64,000 nt of DNA, from the IMG/VR virus record IMGVR_UViG_3300045970_000065, positions 1-64,000 of that record, one strand, 5' to 3'. Position 1 is the stretch's first letter. Each line of letters starts with the position of its first letter. Origin of the DNA: a virus. Both the position numbers and the translations under genes were made by a program. The notes beneath the pieces were generated by a model. It searched no databases. It was not told the DNA's origin and saw only the letters and a list, made by a program, of their open reading frames with translations. Below, piece by piece: positions 1 to 8,375 of this stretch.

Positions 1-134
1 ATGCGTATAGACATCGTTATATTTCTTTTGATGAAATTGTGTCCATAGACTACGTTGGTATGGAGCGTGTGTACGATCTTACAATGGAAGGGCCAAATCA
101 CAATTTTATAGCAAACGGTTTTATATCTCATAAT
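1..134 (+). mobile_element. Intein, C-terminal end (rest lies left of the window), inside the ribonucleotide reductase gene
   Basis: Frame of ORF 39..1430 stays open back to the window edge (codons from nt 3: AYRHRYISFDEIVSIDYVGMERVYDLTMEGPNHNFIANGFISHN). Ends in the canonical intein terminal His-Asn (129..134) followed by +1 Ser (135..137). Confidence 0.8.
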
Positions 135-1430
135 TCAGGTCCTGAAGACCTTGCCTGGGGTATTAACGAAATAGCTAAATTACTTGAGAAAAAACGTGGC
201 AAAAAGATCAAATCCATCGACGCTTTAGATATTATGAATATTATAGGGTTTGTTGTAGTTGCGGGAAATGTAAGACGATCAGCACAAATCGCCATAGGTG
301 ATCCAGATGATGTCGAATTTTTACTAGCAAAACGATGGAGTATGGGAACGTTAATCCCGAAATGGCGTGCAATGAGTAACAACAGCGTTGTGTGTGACGA
401 TATAAACGATTTACATGATTATTTTTGGGATGGTTACTTAGGTAATGGAGAACCGTATGGACTTATTAACTTGCGATTGTCGAGAATGTGTGGAAGACTC
501 GGAGACTTCCAGTATCATGACTTCGGAATTGAAGGCTATAATCCTTGCGGAGAACAAGGACTTGAACCGTATGAAACCTGCTGTCTCGCCGAAGTATTCC
601 TACCTAATATCGACTCCTACGAGGAGCTATTGGATATTCTCGAACTTTACTACAGAATCTGCAAACACTCACTCCTTCTTCCCAGTCATCACCCAGAGAC
701 CCAAGCAGTGGTCCATAAAAATATGCGAATGGGAATCGGAATGACTGGAGTTCTCCAGGCTTCTGAAGAGCAACGAGATTGGTTAGAAGAGGCTTATGAA
801 TATCTACGCGCATTCGATGTGGACTATTCAAAAGCAAATGGTTTCCCAATCTCAATAAAGTTAACTACAGTGAAACCTTCAGGAACGCTCTCATTACTTC
901 CTGGAGTAACGCCTGGAATTCATCCTGGCATCGCTCAGTACATGATACGAAGGATTACCATTGCAGCTGAGCATCCTCTTGTTGAAGTGTGTCGTGAGCA
1001 CGGCTATGACATCGAGTATAAGCTGAATCTGGATGGCACGTATGACAGAGGCTCGGTAATTGTGTCATTTCCATATGCATATCCTGATGGTACAAAACTT
1101 CAGAATGAGATGACAGCCATCGATCAGCTTAATGAAGTACGAAGGATGCAGAAGGAATGGTCAGATAACTCCGTATCTTGTAGTATCTACTATTCGAAGG
1201 AAGAATTGCCACAAATTCGCGAGTATCTAGGTAAGTACTATAAGATGCACCATAAATCACTATCATTTCTCTTAAGAGAGGATAGTGGATTTAAACAAGC
1301 ACCTTACGAACCTATCTGCAAAAGCGACTATCTTGCATTGGTCGCGAGAACGAAACTTATAACAGCAATATCACATGCAGAGTATGAATCTAATGACGAG
1401 TGCGCTAGCGGCGCATGTCCTGTGAGGTAA
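135..1430 (+). CDS. Ribonucleotide reductase catalytic subunit, C-extein part (class II / B12-type likely)
   Basis: GNVRRSAQIAIGDPDDVEFLLAKRW; active-site loop GYNPCGEQGLEPYETCCLAEVFLPNI (NPCGE...C.L); C-terminal Cys pair ECASGACPV; stop 1428..1430. Confidence 0.8.
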   Translation, partial: SGPEDLAWGINEIAKLLEKKRGKKIKSIDALDIMNIIGFVVVAGNVRRSAQIAIGDPDDVEFLLAKRWSMGTLIPKWRAMSNNSVVCDDINDLHDYFWDGYLGNGEPYGLINLRLSRMCGRLGDFQYHDFGIEGYNPCGEQGLEPYETCCLAEVFLPNIDSYEELLDILELYYRICKHSLLLPSHHPETQAVVHKNMRMGIGMTGVLQASEEQRDWLEEAYEYLRAFDVDYSKANGFPISIKLTTVKPSGTLSLLPGVTPGIHPGIAQYMIRRITIAAEHPLVEVCREHGYDIEYKLNLDGTYDRGSVIVSFPYAYPDGTKLQNEMTAIDQLNEVRRMQKEWSDNSVSCSIYYSKEELPQIREYLGKYYKMHHKSLSFLLREDSGFKQAPYEPICKSDYLALVARTKLITAISHAEYESNDECASGACPVR

Positions 1431-1431
1431 T

Positions 1432-1719
1432 ATGAAACATCAATTAATCACTGAGGCTAATTGTGATTGTATAGATGGTACATGCATAGCCTGTTTCTTT
1501 GTGAAAGAAGGCGGCATGAAAATTTGTGGAGTCTGTAGCGGTTACGAAGAGACCCTTACAACTGATTGTCCTGGACAATTAATACTACCAGCTCAACACG
1601 ATTTAGTTGTTGAAGGAAAGATCGATTTCAAAGACGGAATATGGATAAGGAGAGAAGAATATGGCAGTTTGTTATCGACCAATATGTTCAGTGTGCGCGA
1701 TAACTCGCGAAGTGATTAG
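1432..1719 (+). CDS. Cys-rich hypothetical protein
   Basis: ORF track; ATG two nt after RNR stop; CDCIDGTCIAC, CGVCSG, DCPG clusters. 3' end overlaps next small ORF. Confidence 0.5.
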   Translation: MKHQLITEANCDCIDGTCIACFFVKEGGMKICGVCSGYEETLTTDCPGQLILPAQHDLVVEGKIDFKDGIWIRREEYGSLLSTNMFSVRDNSRSD

Positions 1720-1834
1720 AGTTGACAAAGAAACTGGACCTGAGAAATGCATTCTCTGTGGTGGACTTGCGGGATTCAATCTTCTAATAAAGGTGGACAG
1801 CAATGACATACCAAGAATTTCTAAAGAAAGTTAA
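1661..1834 (+). CDS. Small zinc-ribbon-like protein (57 aa, below ORF-track cutoff)
   Basis: ATG 1661 preceded by AAGGAGAGAAGAAT; two CxxC pairs (CYRPICSVC ... CILCGG); overlaps both neighbours, so uncertain. Confidence 0.35.
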   Translation: MAVCYRPICSVCAITREVIRVDKETGPEKCILCGGLAGFNLLIKVDSNDIPRISKES

Positions 1835-2153
1835 CATGTCTGAAGGTGAGGCACTCATTGCTCAGAACAAAGGGTTTATAATTGATCTAACAAAAGTTCA
1901 TCCTAGATTTGATTTAGGTATTGGAACCTTTGCAATCAAGCCTATAGTCGAACATGAATATTTAGGTATAGTGGGTACAGGACAGATTAAGTATCTTCTA
2001 GGAAGATTTGTTAATCACAGTGCCTTTCCTAACATTCGCTTTTCATATGTTAAAGGCGTTTGTAGTGCTTTTGCAATTGCAGATATAGGTGTAGGTGAAG
2101 AATTGGTAGTCGATTATAATGACAATTATGTGAGGAGATTAAATGGCCTTTAA
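1803..2153 (+). CDS. Minimal SET-domain (lysine) methyltransferase, vSET-like
   Basis: 116 aa; GIGTFAIKPI, GRFVNHSAFPN (NHSxxPN signature, Asn codon 2013..2015), GEELVVDYNDNY (ELxxDY). Colinear, as far as I recall, with the 119-aa chlorovirus vSET. Confidence 0.75.
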   Translation: MTYQEFLKKVNMSEGEALIAQNKGFIIDLTKVHPRFDLGIGTFAIKPIVEHEYLGIVGTGQIKYLLGRFVNHSAFPNIRFSYVKGVCSAFAIADIGVGEELVVDYNDNYVRRLNGL

Positions 2154-3048
2154 ACCAATGCTTGCACCAAGCAACGATCCTCTTAATTATCCTAACTATT
2201 TTAAGGAACTCAGATATCCTTTGTTGGGTTCACCTAAGTATGATGGAATCAGAGGTGTCGTAAAAGATGCGTGGGTGAAATCAAGAACTCTCAAACCTTT
2301 ACCGTCTTATCAAGTACAAGATTTATTTGCTGGATTTGCAGATTTAGATGGAGAAATAATCGAAGGCAATCCTACAGATTACGGAGTATATAACAGAACA
2401 CAATCCTTTGTAATGTCTGAAGAAAAAGAAAGTGATAATCTAACGTTTAACGTATTTGACCATACATCTTTGACTTATGCTAGAAGGCCGTTCATGGAAA
2501 GACTCGAACGTGCCAGAGAAGCTGTAGACCACTATGACAGTCCTAACCTTGTGCTTATTGAACATGAACTAATAGAGAATGAAACAGATCTCTTAATATA
2601 TGAAGATAAAATACTAGAACTAGGCTTTGAAGGAATTATGCTTAGGGATCCTTTCGGTGACTATAAATTCGGTAGAGGGACTTGGCGAGAAGGTCTCATC
2701 TATAAACTCAAACGCTTCCAAGATAGTGAAGGTATAGTAATCGGTATTGAAGAAGCGGAAGAAAATACAAATGAAAGAACAGTCGATGAACGAGGTTACG
2801 CAAAACGTTCTGCACATCAAGCGGGTAAAATTCCGAAAGGTATGGTAGGGACTTTTATTGTAGATTTTGATGGTATGAAAATCAGAGTAGCACCAGGAGT
2901 CTATACACATGATGAGCGGAAAGAGATTTGGGAGAATCCTTATTTAATTCTGGGTGGAATAATGAAATTCAGACATTTCGCTCATGGTATTAAGACTGCA
3001 CCCCGTCATGCACGAGCCCTAGGCTTGCGCAATCCCATGGATATGTGA
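2143..3048 (+). CDS. ATP-dependent DNA ligase (minimal T7-type)
   Basis: Motif I SPKYDGIRG (KxDG), III FNVFD, IV EGIMLRD, V LIYKLKRF; 301 aa. Confidence 0.9.
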   Translation: MAFKPMLAPSNDPLNYPNYFKELRYPLLGSPKYDGIRGVVKDAWVKSRTLKPLPSYQVQDLFAGFADLDGEIIEGNPTDYGVYNRTQSFVMSEEKESDNLTFNVFDHTSLTYARRPFMERLERAREAVDHYDSPNLVLIEHELIENETDLLIYEDKILELGFEGIMLRDPFGDYKFGRGTWREGLIYKLKRFQDSEGIVIGIEEAEENTNERTVDERGYAKRSAHQAGKIPKGMVGTFIVDFDGMKIRVAPGVYTHDERKEIWENPYLILGGIMKFRHFAHGIKTAPRHARALGLRNPMDM

Positions 3049-3054
3049 GGTCTT

Positions 3055-3234
3055 ATGTTTGAACAATACTTGCAGTATATCACTAATGTAGGAGGTGAAG
3101 TTGATATCAGAGCCTTTGATGTTGATTGGTCACCAATTGGGCCACAGTTAAGAAAAGCAATGCATGAAGCAGGTCTTATTGAGTATGTTCATTATCTAGG
3201 TGGAAGGACAACAATAATCCGAACGGAGATCTAA
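3055..3234 (+). CDS. Hypothetical protein (59 aa)
   Basis: ATG 3055 shortly after ligase stop; open 60 codons; stop TAA overlaps next ATG (TAATG). Below ORF-track cutoff. Confidence 0.4.
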   Translation: MFEQYLQYITNVGGEVDIRAFDVDWSPIGPQLRKAMHEAGLIEYVHYLGGRTTIIRTEI

Positions 3235-3407
3235 TGAGACTAGAGCTTACAGTAAATTTAACGATTAAATCAGAAAAGACCCTTCCAGAGATTCGAGCGG
3301 TTATCCTAAGACGGTTTCAGAATGCTGTCGATAATGGATTACTCGAACTTGGTAAAGACATTGAGATTGTCGAGTGGGAGTCTTGGGTCGCTCCACAACA
3401 CTATTAA
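3234..3407 (+). CDS. Hypothetical protein (57 aa)
   Basis: ATG 3234 overlapping previous stop; open to TAA 3405..3407; fills an otherwise empty gap in a tightly packed operon. Confidence 0.4.
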   Translation: MRLELTVNLTIKSEKTLPEIRAVILRRFQNAVDNGLLELGKDIEIVEWESWVAPQHY

Positions 3408-3418
3408 GGAGGTCGCAA

Positions 3419-3583
3419 ATGAAAAGTCTAATGTTGTGTCTACTGGTGTGTCTGTTGGCAGGGTGTGGTGATGGTTCAAGTACAGCTAATGTTGATACGA
3501 GTCAAGCACCGACTCAAATCAACACAACGAAAGACTCGGTAGTATACTATTGGGGTGATAAATCAATAGTCTACCCGAAATAA
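3419..3583 (+). CDS. Small lipoprotein
   Basis: ATG 3419 after AAGGAGG; MKSLMLCLLVCLLAGC = signal peptide plus lipobox L-A-G-C. Confidence 0.6.
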   Translation: MKSLMLCLLVCLLAGCGDGSSTANVDTSQAPTQINTTKDSVVYYWGDKSIVYPK

Positions 3584-3598
3584 CCAAGGAGGTATTAA

Positions 3599-3964
3599 GT
3601 GAGTGATCAGTTGAAAGGTGTGTTTGGACTAGGATTCATTCTGTTTCTTATTGTCATGTTCTTCTTCGGTATGCCACAGTATGGTGTCTATCGACAAAGA
3701 CTGAAAGGTGAAGCAGAATTGGCGCATGCAGATGCAGCCAGACGAATCCTTGTAACACAAGCATCTGCAGAAAGAGAGGCAGCTGTAAAGAGAGCTGAAG
3801 CAATTGTCATTGTTGGTCAAGCAGCAAAAGACTTTCCTGAGTATAGGCAACAGGAATTTATTGGTGCTTTTGCTGAGGCTCTCAAAGAAGGAAAGATTCA
3901 ACAAATTATGTATGTGCCTACAGAAGCGAATATCCCGATTACGGAAGCACATCGTCTGAAATGA
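3599..3964 (+). CDS. Membrane-anchored protein, SPFH/band-7-like helical region
   Basis: GTG start after AAGGAGGTATTAA; N-terminal TM FGLGFILFLIVMFFFG, then Ala/Glu/Arg-rich helix (AELAHADAARRILVTQASAEREAAVKRAEA). Confidence 0.55.
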   Translation: MSDQLKGVFGLGFILFLIVMFFFGMPQYGVYRQRLKGEAELAHADAARRILVTQASAEREAAVKRAEAIVIVGQAAKDFPEYRQQEFIGAFAEALKEGKIQQIMYVPTEANIPITEAHRLK

Positions 3965-4006
3965 TATGACTGGTGGAGGGAGTCACTTCTAATTCCGGAG
4001 CTCCAA

Positions 4007-4204
4007 ATGACCAACACGACAGATGAAAAATTGGGGAAGTTGAACTTTGAAGCGTTCTGTAAAACAACAGGATTTACTTCGGGATGTAAATTCTATGAAC
4101 TTCCCCGAGACAAACAGAAGGGTTGGATTACTGCAGCAAAGGCTGTAGAACTTGAAATAAGAAGGGAGGTAAATGATGTATCCGTAACTATTAATGTAGT
4201 ATAG
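4007..4204 (+). CDS. Hypothetical protein
   Basis: ORF track, 65 aa; weak GGAG upstream. Confidence 0.45.
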   Translation: MTNTTDEKLGKLNFEAFCKTTGFTSGCKFYELPRDKQKGWITAAKAVELEIRREVNDVSVTINVV

Positions 4205-4443
4205 CAGTTTAGAGAGCAGCTGAACCAAGCAGAGGGCACTTCCACGCGCCCATCTCTGCACGCCCCGTCCGCCAGTCTGACTCTCCCCTGCGCAAACCAA
4301 AAAAGTGGCAGAGATGCCAACCTCGGACAAACCTTGGGGTATTCTGTGCAATACTTCAGCAAGTGGCGAGGAAATCTATCAACCATTATCGGTAAAAGTT
4401 TGATAAGAAAAAGATTATAAAAGAAGTAAGATAAGCTTGGTAT

Positions 4444-4461
4444 AACCCGTTGAATTAACCC
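4444..4461 (+). promoter_or_regulatory. Phage-RNAP promoter candidate (one-mismatch copy of the conserved motif)
   Basis: AACCCGTTGAATTAACCC; intergenic; immediately followed by hairpin CCCTC-TTTC-GAGGG (4459..4472); about 120 nt upstream of gene 4583. Confidence 0.55.
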
Positions 4462-4582
4462 TCTTTCGAGGGCAAGTTTAACTAACAGACGTGCCTATCC
4501 CAAGTGGGAACGAGAGTTGTACTCTCAAACGGAGGTGAGTCTGTGACTCCCACGTAAATCCCAAAGTAGCAAGGAGTAGAGC

Positions 4583-5245
4583 ATGTCATCCGTAGACCAG
4601 ATCAAGCAAATCTTTGAAGCTCCCGATGGAACCCGTTTTGACAACAAAGCAGATGCAGCTGATTATCTGCGCAAACCGAAGGTGATGACCGCCCTCAACG
4701 CGATCACCAATTCCAGCGAAGAGCTGAACAACTGGATCTATGAGCATCAGGAGTTTTTGGAGGAGGTGTTTGCCTCCGGAACAATTCAGCGTGTAACAAA
4801 GAGCGAAAAGAAATCGATCGAGAAGGCTTTCGAACTGCTGGCCACTGTGGAAAATCTGCCAAAACCTTGTGCGTTCCTTCTGGAAAACGCTGGAGCATTC
4901 AAGGATTCCTTCCGCTGGCCTGCCGTCAAGAGAATGGATCCGGAAGAGAAGAATACCCTGATCTTCAAATCTCTCATGGGCGCCACCGAGAACCGGAAAG
5001 ACCTAGCAGAATGGCTGATCGAGAAGAAAGACGCGATCTTCGAAGCCTTCGAGTCGGGCAAGATCAAACGGGAAGTCTCCGAGAAAGCTCTTAACGGACT
5101 TCAGCTGTACCGCGACAAGAAAGCTGCTGAGAAACTCGAAAAAGAGGAAGCTGCCGCCGCTGAAGCAGGTCTGACTCTCGAGGCTTATCGTGCAAAGTTG
5201 GAAGCGGATAAGGTAGCAAAAGAAGCAGCTAAGCACGCTGCTTGA
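4583..5245 (+). CDS. Hypothetical protein, probably highly expressed; internal duplication
   Basis: ATG after AAGGAG; visibly G+C-richer third positions than neighbours; repeat ELNNWIYEHQEFLEEVFASGTIQRVTKSEKK / DLAEWLIEKKDAIFEAFESGKIKREVSEKA; Ala/Lys/Glu-rich tail. Confidence 0.75.
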   Translation: MSSVDQIKQIFEAPDGTRFDNKADAADYLRKPKVMTALNAITNSSEELNNWIYEHQEFLEEVFASGTIQRVTKSEKKSIEKAFELLATVENLPKPCAFLLENAGAFKDSFRWPAVKRMDPEEKNTLIFKSLMGATENRKDLAEWLIEKKDAIFEAFESGKIKREVSEKALNGLQLYRDKKAAEKLEKEEAAAAEAGLTLEAYRAKLEADKVAKEAAKHAA

Positions 5246-5497
5246 AGTCAAATGGATTTGTGGGTTCCTTCTGAAGCCTCCGGCTCTTAAGAGACGTAAG
5301 TGAAAGCATGGGCCAGTCACACAGGGTCAAAGCTACGCAGCCCACAAATAACGGTGCAATCCTGGCTACAGGCGCTCATAGAGATTAAAGAGACGAACTA
5401 TTCGGCTCACCTGTAGCAGGATTGTGGCCATACCTCAAGAGAGGAGTGATGCGATGGACAGTAAGACACGTTAAACTCACTTTCGCAAGAAGTGGCG

Positions 5498-5528
5498 CCC
5501 CCAGCTTTCATAGTGGGGGGCTTTATTT
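5498..5528 (+). terminator. Hairpin plus T-rich tail (terminator candidate)
   Basis: CCCCCA (5498..5503) pairs with TGGGGG (5514..5519), followed by GCTTTATTT. Confidence 0.5.
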
Positions 5529-5538
5529 AAGGAGACTT

Positions 5539-5859
5539 ATGAAAAGGAAAGTTAGTAGAAAAACGATGGATGCGATGATTGCACTTAAACTTCATTACCG
5601 CGGTATTATCTACCTTGAGGATTGTCCATTATGTACAGAACACCGATTTAATTTACCGGCATGTGGTGGATGTCCTTGGATACTGTTTGGCTATCCTGAC
5701 GATGAACCACCTTGTTCAATGTGGTCAAAAACTTTTTCATCATTTAAAAGGGCAATTATAGGCGATATTCGTGAGTTTCCGGAGAATTACCCTGAAGCCG
5801 CTAAGATGAGAGTTCGTATGCTCGTACAATGGATTCGTAATTGCGAGGTGGTAGAATGA
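5539..5859 (+). CDS. Cys-rich hypothetical protein
   Basis: ATG 5539 after TAAGGAGAC; the track ORF from 5422 would run through the terminator hairpin; CPLC ... CGGCPW ... C. Confidence 0.6.
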   Translation: MKRKVSRKTMDAMIALKLHYRGIIYLEDCPLCTEHRFNLPACGGCPWILFGYPDDEPPCSMWSKTFSSFKRAIIGDIREFPENYPEAAKMRVRMLVQWIRNCEVVE

Positions 5860-6203
5860 GCTTTTGGACAGAGAAAGGAGTAGTTATAGCTCAATGGTTG
5901 GGTTATAAGTGGACTATGCCTACTGGTCAACATGCCAAGTTTTGTGATCCTTATTGGGCCCGTAATGGTAAGGGAGAAAACCCACCTAAGTACGACTGTG
6001 ATGCAGGTGCAGGCGTATTACTAGGTGAACTCAAGAAGAAGGGAGTTAGTTTTTTACTAGATTCTAATACACCTAATAATATGTGGCTTATCACCCTTTT
6101 TGACAATGTCGGTGCGGGTCTAACAGATACAGTAGAACGGACTACATTGCATGAGACAGTAGTAGATGCCATTTTATTGCTTATCAAGGTGAGCCATGAA
6201 TAA
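5856..6203 (+). CDS. Hypothetical protein
   Basis: ATG 5856 overlapping previous stop (ATGA) after GAGGTGG; 115 aa. Confidence 0.6.
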   Translation: MSFWTEKGVVIAQWLGYKWTMPTGQHAKFCDPYWARNGKGENPPKYDCDAGAGVLLGELKKKGVSFLLDSNTPNNMWLITLFDNVGAGLTDTVERTTLHETVVDAILLLIKVSHE

Positions 6204-6390
6204 ATGTCGACACGCAATTCGGTATGGTGATTGCGTGGCTTGTAGACAAGAGCAGAAGAAACGCCATACTCACCTGATTTGTCCACGTTGCTATGTATGC
6301 AACAGCATTGAAAAAGAATGTATCTGTAAGGCGAGTCCAAAGATACAAGGAGACCGAAATGCTATACCAATCTATGAAGATTATTGTTGA
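6196..6390 (+). CDS. Cys-rich zinc-finger-like small protein
   Basis: ORF track; CRHAIRYGDCVAC ... CPRCYVC ... CIC. Confidence 0.5.
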   Translation: MNKCRHAIRYGDCVACRQEQKKRHTHLICPRCYVCNSIEKECICKASPKIQGDRNAIPIYEDYC

Positions 6391-7069
6391 TGGCACAGTA
6401 TACGGATTCAGAGTTCCTAAAGGTAGTAGTCTGGATGCGAATGATGTCATTAAGACTGGGAGAGTTGCGTACATTCGCGAATCTATAAGACCAGCCACTG
6501 ACGTATTCGGCAAGTTAATCGGAAGAACAGGTTGGAATGTAGTAAAGAACAGTTATACTGTTCCCAAAGCGGCTATAACACCTGTTCTACTTACTGCAAT
6601 TAAGACGGCTATCGAGCGCACAAAAACTCAAATCGCAGCTGAAGAAGAAACCGGTGAAAGTCTTCTACCGCGTCTTATCTCCTCAACTTACAAAGGTGAA
6701 CTTATCCAGAGAGATTCTAAATGCTATTTTATCAATTCCATAGCATGGTGTCCTGTTTGTCGTGAGAGAGTTCATGGGACACAAGAATTAACAGTTAATC
6801 CTGCAGGTAAGGTTACAGCAGTAGGTGCATTCAAAGGTGATGATAAGGCCACAAATGTGAAAGGTCGTAAATGGCTCCATATCAAATGTCTGCCACAAAC
6901 TGTGCCTATTCCTGAATCTCAATTTGTGGAAGTGACAGAGGAGGTCACTGTTGAATATGGACTAACAAGAGCACAGGTATTGGACATTCTCAACAATCCA
7001 CAATATACTGACGGCTTCGCCAGAGGAGTAGCATGGGCTTTTCTTATGGGGGACATTCATGGAGCGTAA
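6359..7069 (+). CDS. Hypothetical protein
   Basis: ATG 6359 preceded by the recurrent AAGGAGACCGAA leader; contains CPVC ... HIKC. Confidence 0.6.
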   Translation: MLYQSMKIIVDGTVYGFRVPKGSSLDANDVIKTGRVAYIRESIRPATDVFGKLIGRTGWNVVKNSYTVPKAAITPVLLTAIKTAIERTKTQIAAEEETGESLLPRLISSTYKGELIQRDSKCYFINSIAWCPVCRERVHGTQELTVNPAGKVTAVGAFKGDDKATNVKGRKWLHIKCLPQTVPIPESQFVEVTEEVTVEYGLTRAQVLDILNNPQYTDGFARGVAWAFLMGDIHGA

Positions 7070-7220
7070 TTATCTCTGGTGTGCCAAGCACGATTTCAGT
7101 TCCACCATACACCATTACTGTCCTTTTTGCAAAATAGAAAGGTTGGAAGCTTTACTAGCAGACGTTAAGGAGGATATAGATAAATGTTTGAATTTATTCG
7201 TGCGGTATGGCAATTCGTAA
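7059..7220 (+). CDS. Small Cys-containing ORF (53 aa)
   Basis: ATG 7059, open to TAA 7218..7220; WCAKHD ... HHYCPFC; overlaps both neighbours; below track cutoff. Confidence 0.3.
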   Translation: MERNYLWCAKHDFSSTIHHYCPFCKIERLEALLADVKEDIDKCLNLFVRYGNS

Positions 7221-7390
7221 AGAAAGGCTGTCTAGTTGTATCTGATGAAATTGTCAAGGAACGTTTCGGAATATGTAAAGGCTGTGCATATAACAGTGAT
7301 ACTGTCATTGAGAAATGTACGATATGCGGATGTTATATTCAGTTAAAGATTCGATGTGCTACTGAAAAATGTCCTAAGTTTTTCTGGTGA
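7184..7390 (+). CDS. Cys-rich small protein
   Basis: ORF track; ATG after AAGGAGG; CKGC ... CTICGC ... C ... C. Confidence 0.55.
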   Translation: MFEFIRAVWQFVKKGCLVVSDEIVKERFGICKGCAYNSDTVIEKCTICGCYIQLKIRCATEKCPKFFW

Positions 7391-7511
7391 GTTGTTCGGC
7401 AAAAGGTCTACAAAGTCCCACCTTCCTTTCTCCGGGCGAGGTGTAGTCCTCCTGTAGTGATCTCTGGCAAGATTGCTGGTAACGGGACTCTCTAATTAAA
7501 AGGAGAATAGT

Positions 7512-7718
7512 ATGAAAATACAAGACTTAAAGGTCGGAGACCGTGTTTGCTATCGATCTTCGTATGCCCAGAATGAAAATGGTATAGTTAAAGAAATTCG
7601 TGAAGATAACATAGTAGGTGTATGGGTGGTATACAATTGCGCAGGTAATTGGGACCGCTATATGGATTATACAGGAGCTCTTACATATATACAAGATCTT
7701 GTGAAAGGATGGAAATAA
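7512..7718 (+). CDS. Hypothetical small protein
   Basis: ORF track; ATG after AAAAGGAGAATAGT. Confidence 0.6.
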   Translation: MKIQDLKVGDRVCYRSSYAQNENGIVKEIREDNIVGVWVVYNCAGNWDRYMDYTGALTYIQDLVKGWK

Positions 7719-7719
7719 T

Positions 7720-7977
7720 ATGAGTAATATTCAGAAACAAGGCGAGCCTTTAGTGTTCCGTATGAATTTTCTTACTTGCAATATCTGCGTGCCTAAAGAC
7801 TGGACAGAAGAACAAATACTTAAAGTTGCTGAAGAGCAAAACCCAGCTGGCACAAGTAATGGATGGTTTGTATACACCCAAGAGATGCTGGATGAAAACG
7901 AGTATAGCAAGGGAACACAGGCTATAGTTCCTTGTGATGAACTTGAAGGTCACGTACATTATATTCTAGGAGTATAG
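7720..7977 (+). CDS. Hypothetical protein
   Basis: ORF track; start two nt after previous stop. Confidence 0.55.
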   Translation: MSNIQKQGEPLVFRMNFLTCNICVPKDWTEEQILKVAEEQNPAGTSNGWFVYTQEMLDENEYSKGTQAIVPCDELEGHVHYILGV

Positions 7978-7978
7978 C

Positions 7979-8158
7979 ATGACAGTAGATGAAGCTTTAG
8001 ATGTAGATTGTCCATGTCCTGGATGTCCTGGATGGCCTAGAGTTTCAGGATGGTGTGAAGATTGTGCTGCTATTTCAAGAGAGGTATTGGTTGCTGAAGT
8101 TAAACGACTTAGGGAAGAATATTGGTTAGTAGAGGAGTCAAGGACCTCTATTAAATAA
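7979..8158 (+). CDS. Cys-rich small protein (59 aa)
   Basis: ATG 7979 two nt after previous stop; DCPCPGCPGW ... CEDC; stop 8156..8158; below track cutoff. Confidence 0.45.
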   Translation: MTVDEALDVDCPCPGCPGWPRVSGWCEDCAAISREVLVAEVKRLREEYWLVEESRTSIK

Positions 8159-8375
8159 GCAGAGCAGGAATAGGCCTGCCGGAACCCCGATGTAAAACTA
8201 CTTCCAACCTGTCTGTGGGCCTTTCATCTGTTAACACGAAACACTTCCAAGCATCTTGGGCGACATCGGGGTCCACTTATCAAAGGAGATAGAATGTTTA
8301 ATAAGCAATGCACTGTTTGCAAACAAGGCGCAGGTAGAAGAGCTGCGAAACATGAATCTCTAAAAGGAGAAGAGC

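Noticed and set aside
3989-4386. Two overlapping minus-strand ORFs (120 and 97 aa) in the GC-rich spacer upstream of gene 4583
   Set aside because: There is no SD, the two overlap each other in different frames, and they partly overlap + ORF 4007..4204. The region looks like structured non-coding RNA. GC-rich sequence produces chance ORFs.
5422-5538. N-terminal extensions of track ORFs 5422..5859 and 60162..60455
   Set aside because: The upstream parts run through terminator or helix structures and lack an RBS. Internal ATGs at 5539 and 60237 have strong AAGGAGA-type SDs.
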